This document shows positions 1 through 13,609 of a stretch of DNA of 64,000 nucleotides, piece after piece; position 1 is the first letter of the stretch, and every line of letters begins with the position of its first letter. Source of the DNA: Vicinamibacterales bacterium. GTDB lineage: Bacteria > Acidobacteriota > Vicinamibacteria > Vicinamibacterales > UBA8438. Below the pieces are notes generated by a model that was not told the DNA's origin, made no database searches, and was given only the letters and a program-made list of their open reading frames with translations. The position numbers and the translations under genes are program-made. Location of the stretch: the NCBI GenBank assembly GCA_965242835.1, contig OZ251506.1, positions 5,172,401 through 5,236,400 on the forward strand, in the 5' to 3' direction.

Positions 1-78
1 CGCTCCGGCCGCGCGCGGCGCTTTTGACAATCTGGCCCGGCCGCCCGTGGCAACCGACGAACAACGCCGTCAGGCGGG

Positions 79-390
79 ATGCATCGCCGCTCGAAGGCAG
101 CGGGGACTTCGCCACGCGCTGCTAAGGCGACCAATTTGCACCGTCGCAACTTTCCGTCGGCCGCAGCCATTCGGTCGCATTTCACTGAGCAAAACCGGTC
201 CCGTAACCCGGTAACCGAATACCTTCGGCGCACGGTCCTGCGGGACACGGAGAACCGCGGCCGACTTTCCCGGTTGGGATGGGCCGTCGAAGTCGTCTGG
301 GCATGCCAGGCCGACGATCTTGCGCTCGCCCGGTTGACCGAGCGCATTCGCTCGCGCCTTTCTCCGCCCGCGGGCACGGAGCCGGTCTGA
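79..390 (+). pseudogene. vsr: Eroded very-short-patch repair endonuclease (Vsr) remnant
   Basis: The C-terminal part, RDTENRGRLSRLGWAVEVVWAC, matches the Vsr tail (RD..N...L...GW.V..VWEC). The catalytic HGCFWH core is not visible. Its stop overlaps the next ATG (TGATG, 388-392), and a C5-MTase lies nearby. Confidence 0.55.
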
Positions 391-1562
391 TGAATGACTC
401 AAGCGCACGGCAGACGTTGGCCGGCAAGAAAGTCAACCGTATCCATCTGAAGGATCTGTTGCTCGACGCTACGAATCCACGTTTCGGTCTTCAAGACCGA
501 GACGCCAGTCAGGCGCAGATACTCGACCACATAGTCAAGACGTTCGGCGTCAAGGACGTTCTTAGTTCCCTCGCTGTCAACGGTTACTTCGACGCCGAAC
601 CCCTCGTCTGCCGCAGGAATCCAGATTCCAGTAGAGCCACCGTTGTGGAGGGTAACCGGCGGCTGGCAGCGTGTTTGATCATAACCCGCGAAGAGCGCGC
701 ATCCAAGCAGGACAGGCGCTCCGACCAGTTCTCCAAACTGTGGGAAAAGCACGGCCGCCAGCCGATCGATCCCGTGCCGGCAATAACTTTCGCTGCAGGC
801 GAGGAAAAACAGGAGAAGGCGATTCTCTCGTACCTCGGTGTACGGCATATCGCCTCTACTCAACCGTGGGACTCGTATGCGAAAGCCGCATGGGTCGCGC
901 GGGTGGTCCATGAAAGTTCACTCAACGTAAGCGACGTCTCGAAGATGATCGGCGACCAACATAAAACAATAAATCGTATGCTCGAGGGGTATTATCTCGT
1001 TCAGCAGCTCACAAAGACGGGACACTTCAACCAGCAGGACAGCATCCGAAGCGGCAGGGGCAGTGTCACCGACTATCCATTCTCCTGGGTCTACACGGTG
1101 CTCGGTTACAGGACGGTCAGAGATTTTCTGGAACTGGCCGACGGAAACGCAAGTCCGGATCCCGTAAACGAAAACAATCTCGCCAAGGGTTCACTTCTGC
1201 TTCAATCCATGTTTGGCGACAAATCCCGGGGGCGCAGCGCCGCCATCAGCGACTCCCGCCAGTTGGGTGATCTCGCGGCGGTCTTCGCCAACAGGGAAAA
1301 AATGCGGCTTCTTGAACAGGGTAAGGAGCTGGCCGAGATCGACGAACTTACTCAGCCCATCGCGACAAGACTTTCCAGTGGATTGGGAGACGTGCTCGAC
1401 ACTCTTCGCGATCTCGTCGCTCGCCTGTCGGAACAGAACATCCCACAAGAAACGGCAATAGATCTTCTATCAGACTCAAGACGCGTCCGGAAACTGGCGG
1501 TCGACCTGGATAAGAGACTGCAGGAGATCGCACGCGGCGACGATGATGAAGAAGCAGAATGA
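390..1562 (+). CDS. ParB/sulfiredoxin-like N-terminal domain protein
   Basis: Motifs LLLDATNPRF and VVEGNRRLAA are typical of the ParB-N/Srx fold. ATG at 390 is coupled to the upstream stop. Visibly more AT-rich than the backbone. Confidence 0.75.
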   Translation: MNDSSARQTLAGKKVNRIHLKDLLLDATNPRFGLQDRDASQAQILDHIVKTFGVKDVLSSLAVNGYFDAEPLVCRRNPDSSRATVVEGNRRLAACLIITREERASKQDRRSDQFSKLWEKHGRQPIDPVPAITFAAGEEKQEKAILSYLGVRHIASTQPWDSYAKAAWVARVVHESSLNVSDVSKMIGDQHKTINRMLEGYYLVQQLTKTGHFNQQDSIRSGRGSVTDYPFSWVYTVLGYRTVRDFLELADGNASPDPVNENNLAKGSLLLQSMFGDKSRGRSAAISDSRQLGDLAAVFANREKMRLLEQGKELAEIDELTQPIATRLSSGLGDVLDTLRDLVARLSEQNIPQETAIDLLSDSRRVRKLAVDLDKRLQEIARGDDDEEAE

Positions 1563-2490
1563 CCTCTACCGTAAAAGGCATGAAGCGCAGCGCTTCGTCG
1601 TGAATGCGGATCGCGCGGAATTTCAGGCCCTGAGAGATGGATCCGCCGAGATCGATTCAGGCGTCTATAACGAGCGTGTCGCGGATACCCTGGAGGATCT
1701 TGACTTCATTCCGCACGAAACAGAACGCTGGCACGGGGAGGATTTGAAAATTGATACAGCCGTCGGCGGGACACGTGACGAGCTTGAGCGGCGAGTCCGG
1801 ATTCTAGCGGCCGCTTACCCGTTCAGATTGAAGAGAGGAACTCTTTTCCACCACAGCGGCGCATCAAGCGTCTACGAGTTTTTTCTGTCCATCTGCAACG
1901 CCACGACGCTTACAAGGGGCGACCATGCCCGCCTGCCGCGGTTGTTCGAGCGCATCGCCGCGCGGTTGGTCGCTGCATATTTCGGACGACACGCCACGAG
2001 TATTCATACGGGCGCGCCGCGCAGCCCGGACACCGATAGTTCGTTCATGCGGGCGATGCAAGACGTTGCGGCTCAAACCGGGGAGTGGGACTGGGGGCCG
2101 GATGACAGACTTCCCGGAGAACAGCATCAGGGTGACGAAGGTTGTGATTTCATCGTCTGGTTGATGGCTTCCGACCGGCGCAAGATCGGGCAGCTTTTCG
2201 TACTGGGGCAGTGCGCCTGTGGAAACGACTGGCAAAGCAAATACGGCGACCTCGATCTGAAAAAACTTCAGAAATGGTTCAATCCTCTTTCCGTCGTCGA
2301 TCCCGTGAGGAGTTTCGCGACGCCCCATCACGTCACGGACCCTGTTCTGCGCGAAGCGAGCAGGCAAGGCGGCCTGTTTTTCGACAGGGCGCGCTTGACG
2401 ATGGCGGCATTTCAGGCAAGCGATGCTGTCATCGGCGATGAAATGAAGAAGGACATGGAAGATCTGATCGCCCTGGTCCGTGATGCTTGA
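1543..2490 (+). CDS. Putative restriction endonuclease-fold (PD-(D/E)xK-like) protein
   Basis: FERIAA...GDEGCDFIVW...LGQCACGNDW resembles the Mrr-like E..D.G.D..Q.K site, with QCA in place of QxK. Overlaps the ParB-like gene by 20 bp. Confidence 0.55.
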   Translation: MMKKQNDLYRKRHEAQRFVVNADRAEFQALRDGSAEIDSGVYNERVADTLEDLDFIPHETERWHGEDLKIDTAVGGTRDELERRVRILAAAYPFRLKRGTLFHHSGASSVYEFFLSICNATTLTRGDHARLPRLFERIAARLVAAYFGRHATSIHTGAPRSPDTDSSFMRAMQDVAAQTGEWDWGPDDRLPGEQHQGDEGCDFIVWLMASDRRKIGQLFVLGQCACGNDWQSKYGDLDLKKLQKWFNPLSVVDPVRSFATPHHVTDPVLREASRQGGLFFDRARLTMAAFQASDAVIGDEMKKDMEDLIALVRDA

Positions 2491-2495
2491 GCGCG

Positions 2496-3512
2496 TCACC
2501 AGATGTCGCCAAAAGCTCGTCCGATGGCCTCGAACAGCGGCGGCGGGACGGCGTTCCCGACGGCCCGGTACTTTTCCGTCAACGAGCCGGTTTCCGGAAA
2601 GGTCATGTCGCCGAAGCCCTGGAGGCGCGCGGCCTCGCGGTACGAGAACCGGCGCTTGCGCGCATCCTCGCGGGACCAGATCCACTTGTCGACGTGGACC
2701 CGTATCAATTTCGGACTCATCGGGTGCAGCGGCATGTGGCGCGGGTGGCTGACGATGGTCTTGCTCGGTTCGGACCAGTCGCAGCGCCGGTTGCGGGACA
2801 TGTAGTACCAATGAAACTTGTCGGCGCAAAACTCGCCCGCCGGCCACTCCGGCAGGCCGGTCAGGGCGTCGGCCACGGTCCTGGCGCGCTCCTTGCCGTC
2901 AACACCATGCGTGGGGCGTGGAAAGACATAGCGTTCTTCGATGTCGCTTCGCACGCCGACGATGAAGATCCTGGCTCTTCTCTGCGGCACGCCGAAATCG
3001 ACGGCGTCGAGAAGCCGATGCTGAACCCGGTAGCCGGCCATCCGGAACCTGGTGATCTGGTTGCGGAGCAGGTGCGCGAAGTCGCTCCTGCGCATCCCTG
3101 ACACGTTTTCGACGACGAAGGCCCGGGGCTTGATTTGCCGCAGCGCCCTGTCGAACTCCCGATAGAGATAGTTTATCTTTCGGTCGGATTCCCTCGCGCC
3201 GCCCTGACTGAATCCCTGGCACGGATAGCACCCGACCAGAAGATCCGCTTCCGGAAACGAGCGGATTTGCCGTACGTCCTTGCACTGAAAATCGGTTTCC
3301 GGCAGGTTGGCCAGGTACAATTCCCTGGCGTAGGACGCGCTGTCGTTCGCGAACACCACGTCGAAGCCGGCGGCGACGAGCCCCGCGTCCGACCCGCCGC
3401 AACCGCTGAACAGAGACACTACCGTGGGCCGCGTGGACTTCTGGTTGCCGGCTTCCCGCCCGCCGGCCGCGGCCGCGGCCGGCGCAATCCGTTCCCGTGG
3501 TTCGTCGTTCAT
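2496..3512 (-). CDS. dcm: DNA (cytosine-5)-methyltransferase
   Basis: Motifs I FSGCGG, IV PCQGFS, VI ENV, VIII QRRAR, IX REAARLQGF and X GNAV are present. Confidence 0.96.
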   Translation of the reverse strand: MNDEPRERIAPAAAAAGGREAGNQKSTRPTVVSLFSGCGGSDAGLVAAGFDVVFANDSASYARELYLANLPETDFQCKDVRQIRSFPEADLLVGCYPCQGFSQGGARESDRKINYLYREFDRALRQIKPRAFVVENVSGMRRSDFAHLLRNQITRFRMAGYRVQHRLLDAVDFGVPQRRARIFIVGVRSDIEERYVFPRPTHGVDGKERARTVADALTGLPEWPAGEFCADKFHWYYMSRNRRCDWSEPSKTIVSHPRHMPLHPMSPKLIRVHVDKWIWSREDARKRRFSYREAARLQGFGDMTFPETGSLTEKYRAVGNAVPPPLFEAIGRAFGDIW

Positions 3513-3517
3513 TTCGC

Positions 3518-5047
3518 TCAGCCCTTGTTCCCGTCGGGCATCGCGATGCGCCCGGTCACGGCGGCGGCGATGAGCGCGGCGCGGCGCTCTTCAACGAAAG
3601 CGATGGCTTGTCGCACTCTCGCCATGAGCGCCTCCAGCCGCGCCGTTTCCTGATCCAGATAGTCGACGATGGCTCGTTGTTCCCTGAGCGGAGGAACAGG
3701 AACCCGGTAGTTCAGAACGAAATCCTCCGGCACCCTTTTCTGGCCGGCGGCGCCGAACATGGCGGCTTCGCCGAGCTTGCGAAAACGATCGCTGATCGTC
3801 GTGTAGTAAAGCCAGCGCGCGTCGATCTCGGGAATTGGCGTCAGGACGTGAAGCTCGGTTGTCCCGAAGCCGATGCCGTTCAGCATTCCGTCTACGAGGG
3901 CTCCCTTGCCGTTTTCGAAGCACGGCGTGATCTTGGCTACGAGAACGTCGCCATCGAAGAATCGGGTGTAGCCGTTCCGAACGTCGTCGACGTACCGAGT
4001 CGCGGAGCAATCGAGTTCGCCCTGCTCTCCGATGTTCTCCATCGGCAGAAACGTCGCCTGCTCCGCGCCGCTCAGGATTCGCTGCTTTTCCTCCGATAGT
4101 TCTCGTTGCACGAGGAAACGGACGCGCTTGACGGGCCACGCTTGTATTGCGGCGTTCGCGTCGTCAAGCCGGTCGTCTGATTCCCGCCCATTTCGGCCAT
4201 CTGCGGGTTTCGGAATCGCGCATTGGCGCGCGTGGTCGAGACCGCGAGTGACGGCGCGGGTGACGACGGCCCGGCGCTTCTCGGCCAGCAGCTCCAGCAG
4301 GCGCCGTTTCGCCGCCACGAGCGCGTCCAGCCGCGCCGTCTCGCGGTCGAGGTGGTCGGCGACGGCGCGTTGCGTGTCCGCATCGGGAACGGGCACCGGC
4401 ATGTTGCCGATGAAGTCCCAGTCGGCCCGGGGCATCTTCGACCCGAACGTCGAGGCGTCCACGTCGCCCACGAAACGGGACGACAGGCAGACGCTTCGCA
4501 GGAACCGCGGCTCGATGGAGGTCGGCTCCATGACCAGCGCCTCCGTGGTGCAGCGGCCGGGGAACTCGGCGACCCAGGCTTTTGCCAGGTACGGACGGAG
4601 CTTTCCGAAGAGAACGTCGCCGGGCTCGAAGTCGGTGCCCGTCGCCTCGTTCCCGTCAGTCACGGATGGCGCCGACGGGCTGCTGCTTCCTCCGGCGTTC
4701 TGGTGAAAGCACCTGCCGGGCTCCCCGTCGCCGTCAGTCACGGATGGCGCTGGCGGGCTACTCGGATACCTGGCTCTGTCCCTGGACAAGCTGCTGAAGT
4801 CGCCGTCAGTCACGGATGGCGCTGGCAGGCTACTCCCCCGTTTCCCCCGAGGGCCGTTCGCCAGTCTGCCCGTCCCCGACTCGATGTCTTCGAGACCGAC
4901 GTACGGCCGCGCGGCGTCCCCCGCCGAAGTCCGCAGGCGCCGGAGCGCCACGACGTGCTTGAGGCGCTTCGTCGGAAACACCGTTCCGGTGGCCCCAACT
5001 TCGGCAGCCGCGCTCACCCCCGCCACCTCCCGGGCAGGCGCGCTCAC
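3518..5047 (-). CDS. hsdS: Type I restriction-modification specificity subunit, with an in-frame repeat insertion in TRD1
   Basis: Two TRDs (GDVLFGKLRPYL; GDVLVAKITPCFENGK), each followed by the conserved helix (Q.A..D.LD.ETARL; ALIAAAVTG). The GTG start overlaps the hsdM stop (GTGA). Confidence 0.93.
   Translation of the reverse strand: MSAPAREVAGVSAAAEVGATGTVFPTKRLKHVVALRRLRTSAGDAARPYVGLEDIESGTGRLANGPRGKRGSSLPAPSVTDGDFSSLSRDRARYPSSPPAPSVTDGDGEPGRCFHQNAGGSSSPSAPSVTDGNEATGTDFEPGDVLFGKLRPYLAKAWVAEFPGRCTTEALVMEPTSIEPRFLRSVCLSSRFVGDVDASTFGSKMPRADWDFIGNMPVPVPDADTQRAVADHLDRETARLDALVAAKRRLLELLAEKRRAVVTRAVTRGLDHARQCAIPKPADGRNGRESDDRLDDANAAIQAWPVKRVRFLVQRELSEEKQRILSGAEQATFLPMENIGEQGELDCSATRYVDDVRNGYTRFFDGDVLVAKITPCFENGKGALVDGMLNGIGFGTTELHVLTPIPEIDARWLYYTTISDRFRKLGEAAMFGAAGQKRVPEDFVLNYRVPVPPLREQRAIVDYLDQETARLEALMARVRQAIAFVEERRAALIAAAVTGRIAMPDGNKG
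4649..4835 (-). CRISPR. CRISPR-like mini-array (3 x 37-bp repeats, 35- and 41-bp spacers) embedded in frame in hsdS
   Basis: Repeats at 4799-4835, 4727-4763 and 4649-4685. Minus-strand consensus GAGTAGCCCGCCAGCGCCATCCGTGACTGACGGCGAC, with an internal inverted repeat. The last copy is degenerate and the spacers are unrelated. The repeats are directly visible; the CRISPR identity is inference. Confidence 0.5.
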
Positions 5048-5061
5048 CCCGCCACCTCCCG
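5009..5061. repeat. Direct duplication of the hsdM-stop/hsdS-start junction (30-bp period)
   Basis: cgcgctcacccc(c)gccacctcccg at 5009-5032 and 5039-5061. This gives two in-frame GGAGG+GTG starts (5047 and 5017). Confidence 0.85.
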
Positions 5062-7026
5062 CAGCAGCCGCACGATCTCCTCCTCCGCCCGCTTCAGGTC
5101 CGCGTCGATCTCCTCCAGCGGTCTCGGCGGCGTGTAGGCGTAGAAGTGCCGGTTGAAGTTGATCTCGCAGCCCGCCTTGTCCTTGCTCCGGTCCATCCAG
5201 GCGTCGGGGACGTGGGGGCGGACCTCGCGCGCGAAGTACTCGTCGACGTCCTCGGTCCGCGGGACGTTCTCGAAGTCGCGCAGCTTCGGGTCCGGCTCGA
5301 AACCGTCTCCGCCCTCGGCGCGGACCGGCTCGGCGGCGGGGTCGCGGACGGTGAACACGTCGCGGAACAGCCGGTGCTCGGTCTTGCGCCAGTACGACTC
5401 GCGTTCGCGCAGCAACGCGGCGATGCCCTCGCGGACGGCGTTCCAGTCGGGCAGCGGCTCGCGGCCGATCCGCTCGTCGATGGCCTGCACGTCGTCGAGC
5501 AGCAGCGGGCAGGCGTCGAGGAAGCGCGCCTTGTCGTCGACGCTCATCCGCCAGCGCAGCCGGAGCGGGCGCTCGACGGTGACGCGGGTGTAGCCGAAGT
5601 CGGCGTTGTCGAAGATCTTCGACCGCGCGCCCTCCTCGAAGCGGCCGTACAGCCGCACGATCTCGTCGATCTGCCCGGCCGACAGGTGGCGGCGCTTGTC
5701 GCCGAGGCTGCGCCGGCTCTCGGGGCTGCCGCCGGCCGTCCACAGGCCGCGGGCGTCGACCAGCTGCACCCGGCCGCGGCGCGCCGGCGCCTTGCGGTTG
5801 GTGACGATCCAGACGTAGGTGCCGATGCCGGTGTTGTAGAACATCTGCTCCGGCAGGGCGACGACCGCTTCGAGCCGGTCGTTCTCCAGGATCCAGCGGC
5901 GGATCTCGCTCTCGCCGGAGCCCGCGCCGCCGGTGAACAGGGGCGAGCCGCTGAAGACGATGGCCAGGCGCGAGCCGTGCCGGCGCTCCTTCGGGCGCAG
6001 CGGCTCGAACTTGTCGATCATGTGCTGCAGGAACAGCAGCGCGCCGTCGTTCACCCGCGGCAGCCCGGCCCCGAAGCGGCCGGCGAAGCCGCGCTGCTCG
6101 TGCTCGCGCCGCACCGCGTCCCGCTGCCGCTTCCAGTCGACGCCGAACGGCGGGTTGGTGAGGAAGTAGTCGAACGTCTCGCCGGCGAAGCGGTCGTCGA
6201 CCAGGCTGTCGCCGAAGCGCACGGCGTCGCCGCCGCCGTCGCGGCTGACCTCCTTCATCAGCATGTCGGAGGCGGCGGTGGCGTAGGCGCGCTTGTTGTA
6301 GTCCTGGCCGCGGACGTAGAGCGCGGCCTCCGGGTGGTGCTCGCGCAGCCAGCCCTGCGCCTCGGCCAGCATGCCGCCGGTGCCGCAGGCGGGGTCGAGC
6401 AGCGTGCGGACGGTTCCCGGCGCGGCGAGCAGCGCGTCGTCGTCGATGAACAGCAGGCCGACCATCAGCCGGATGACCTCGCGCGGCGTGAAGTGGTCGC
6501 CGGCGGTCTCGTTGGCCAGCTCGTTGAAGCGGCGGATCAGGTTCTCGAAGATCAGCCCCATCTGCGCGTTGGGCACCGTGTCGGGGTGCAGGTCCACCGA
6601 ACGGAAGCGCGAGACGACCATGTAGAGGATGTTCGCCTCCTGCATCTTCTCGACCTCGGCCTCGAACTCGAAGCACTCGAAGATGCGGCGCACGTTGGCC
6701 GAGAAGCCCTGGACGTAGCTGACGAGGTGCTGCGCGACGTGGTCCGGGTCGCCCTGCAGCTTCTCGAAGTCGAGCGGCGAGCGGTTGTGGAAGCGCTGGC
6801 CGGCGACCGCGGCGAGCCGCTTGTCGAGGGCTTCGCCCCGCAGCCGCGCCTTGCGCCGCGCGTGCTCGGCGAGCACCTTCGCCTTCGTGGGGGCGAGCAC
6901 GCAGTCGAAGCGGCGCAGCACGGTCATCGGCAGCATCACGCGCTCGTACTGCGGCGGGCGGTAGGGGCCGCGCAGCAGGTCGGCGATCTGCCAGATCAGG
7001 GTGGCGAAGGCGCCGTGGTCGGGCAT
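5044..7026 (-). CDS. hsdM: Type I restriction-modification N6-adenine methyltransferase subunit
   Basis: N-terminal IWQIADLLRG..LRRFDCVL, then GDHFTPREVI, DPACGTGGML, NPPFG and C-terminal EINFNRHFY. Confidence 0.96.
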   Translation of the reverse strand: MPDHGAFATLIWQIADLLRGPYRPPQYERVMLPMTVLRRFDCVLAPTKAKVLAEHARRKARLRGEALDKRLAAVAGQRFHNRSPLDFEKLQGDPDHVAQHLVSYVQGFSANVRRIFECFEFEAEVEKMQEANILYMVVSRFRSVDLHPDTVPNAQMGLIFENLIRRFNELANETAGDHFTPREVIRLMVGLLFIDDDALLAAPGTVRTLLDPACGTGGMLAEAQGWLREHHPEAALYVRGQDYNKRAYATAASDMLMKEVSRDGGGDAVRFGDSLVDDRFAGETFDYFLTNPPFGVDWKRQRDAVRREHEQRGFAGRFGAGLPRVNDGALLFLQHMIDKFEPLRPKERRHGSRLAIVFSGSPLFTGGAGSGESEIRRWILENDRLEAVVALPEQMFYNTGIGTYVWIVTNRKAPARRGRVQLVDARGLWTAGGSPESRRSLGDKRRHLSAGQIDEIVRLYGRFEEGARSKIFDNADFGYTRVTVERPLRLRWRMSVDDKARFLDACPLLLDDVQAIDERIGREPLPDWNAVREGIAALLRERESYWRKTEHRLFRDVFTVRDPAAEPVRAEGGDGFEPDPKLRDFENVPRTEDVDEYFAREVRPHVPDAWMDRSKDKAGCEINFNRHFYAYTPPRPLEEIDADLKRAEEEIVRLLREVAG

Positions 7027-7214
7027 CGGGCGGTCTGGTCCGGCCGGCGGGCGGCGGCGGGCGCCAAGCTCCTGCGCCCGCCGGGGCCGGGCGGCGGGCG
7101 TCCCGCGGGCGCCGTCCTGCCCGGGCGGCGGCCCGGCGACCCGCGGCCCCGGGGGCGGCCGGAACCGGGGCCGCGCCCCGTCATCCCCCCGCCGGGCGGT
7201 CCGGCTTCCTCCTG

Positions 7215-11921
<4,707 letters not shown>

Positions 11922-12094
11922 GCGGCGTTCTCCAGTATTTCGGAAACCGGCCGGGCCGCGGCGGACTCCAGCCGCGCGCGGCGGACCGGCGGGCGCACCG
12001 ATCCGGGGTTCAAGCGCATTGTAGCGACCGCGGGGCCGCGCGGCAACGGCCGGCCCCGCCGGGCGGCCCGGGACGATTCCGGTAAGATCGCGGC

Positions 12095-13600
12095 ATGCCG
12101 CCCAAGCCGCCCACGTCCGTCGGGAGCCTGCGCCGGGCCGTCGCCGGGGGCCGGGTCCGGCGCCGCGGCGTCAAGCAGGAGCTGCGCGAGAACCTGATGA
12201 GCCGGCTGCGCGGCGGCGGGCCGCTGTTCCCCGGCGTCGTCGGCTACGACGACTCCGTGGTGCCGCAGGTGGTCAACGCCGTCCTCTCGCGGCACGACTT
12301 CGTCCTGCTCGGCCTGCGGGGGCAGGCGAAGACGCGGCTGATCCGCGGACTGGCGGAGCTGCTGGACGAGGTCGTCCCGGTCGTGCCGGACTGCGAGATC
12401 AACGACGACCCGCTCGCCCCGATCTGCCCCGCGTGCCGCGCCCGCGTCCGCGAGGAGGGCGACGACCTGCCCGTCGCCTGGCTCGACCGCTCGCTGCGCT
12501 ACGTCGAGAAGCTCGCGACCCCCGACGTGACGATCGCCGACGTGATCGGCGACGTCGACCCGATCCGGGCGGCCGCCGCGGGGCGCCGGCTCTCGGACGA
12601 GCTGACCGTCCACTACGGGCTCGTCCCGCGCGCCAACCGCTGCATCTTCGCCATCAACGAGCTGCCCGACCTGGCCGGCAAGATCCAGGTCGGCCTGTTC
12701 AACGTCCTGCAGGAGGGCGACGTGCAGATCCGCGGCTACCCCGTCCGCCTGCGGCTGGACGTGGCCATGGCGTTCACCGCCAACCCCGAGGACTACACCG
12801 CCCGGGGCCGGATCGTGACCCCGCTCAAGGACCGCATCGGCTCCGAGATCCGCACGCACTATCCGCGCACGCGCCACGAGGCCGTCGCCATCACCGAACA
12901 GGAGGCGTGGGTCGCCCGCGGCGCCGCCGCCGACGTCGAGGTGCCGCTCTACGTGCGCGAGGTGGTCGAGGAGATCGCCTTCCAGGCGCGGGTGGACAAC
13001 AGGATCGACGGCCGCTCCGGGGTGAGTCAGCGGCTGCCGATCTCCTGCCTCGAGAACGTGGTGTCGAACGCCGAGCGCCGCGGCCTGGCGGCCGGCGAGA
13101 CGCCCGCCGCCCGCGTCACCGACGTCTACGCGGCACTGCCGGCGATGACCGGCAAGTTCGAGCTGGAGTACGAGGGCGAGCTGCGCGGGGCCGACGCCGT
13201 GGGGCGCGAGCTGATCCGCGCCGCGGTCGGCGCCGTCTTCGGCGGCTGGTTCGACGGCGTCGCCACCGACCAGGTCGTCGAGTGGTTCGAGATGGGCGGC
13301 GCGCTGCAGGAAAGCGACACGACGTCTTCGGAAGCGTTCCTGGCCGACGCCGCGGAGATCCACGGCCTGCTGGAGCTGGCCGCGCACGCCGGCGCCGCGG
13401 CCGGGGACCCGCCGCCGCGCGTCGCCTCGGCCGTCGACTTCGTCCTCGAGGGACTCTGCGCGCAGCGCAGGATCAGCCGCGGCGAGGGCGGCGGCTACGA
13501 GGCCGTCCGCAAGCCGCCCCCCCGCGAACGGACCGCCGAGTCCGCCGCCGAACCCCGGCCGGCGCCCCGGGGCGGCAAGAACAGGAAGTACTACAACTGA
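12095..13600 (+). CDS. Magnesium chelatase-like AAA+ ATPase
   Basis: Walker A GLRGQAKT, INELPDL, TANPEDYT.RGRI. Confidence 0.85.
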   Translation: MPPKPPTSVGSLRRAVAGGRVRRRGVKQELRENLMSRLRGGGPLFPGVVGYDDSVVPQVVNAVLSRHDFVLLGLRGQAKTRLIRGLAELLDEVVPVVPDCEINDDPLAPICPACRARVREEGDDLPVAWLDRSLRYVEKLATPDVTIADVIGDVDPIRAAAAGRRLSDELTVHYGLVPRANRCIFAINELPDLAGKIQVGLFNVLQEGDVQIRGYPVRLRLDVAMAFTANPEDYTARGRIVTPLKDRIGSEIRTHYPRTRHEAVAITEQEAWVARGAAADVEVPLYVREVVEEIAFQARVDNRIDGRSGVSQRLPISCLENVVSNAERRGLAAGETPAARVTDVYAALPAMTGKFELEYEGELRGADAVGRELIRAAVGAVFGGWFDGVATDQVVEWFEMGGALQESDTTSSEAFLADAAEIHGLLELAAHAGAAAGDPPPRVASAVDFVLEGLCAQRRISRGEGGGYEAVRKPPPRERTAESAAEPRPAPRGGKNRKYYN

Positions 13601-13609
13601 CGCGGGCAG

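Noticed and set aside
24-60. TTGACA at 24-29
   Set aside because: No credible -10 element at 16-18 bp spacing.
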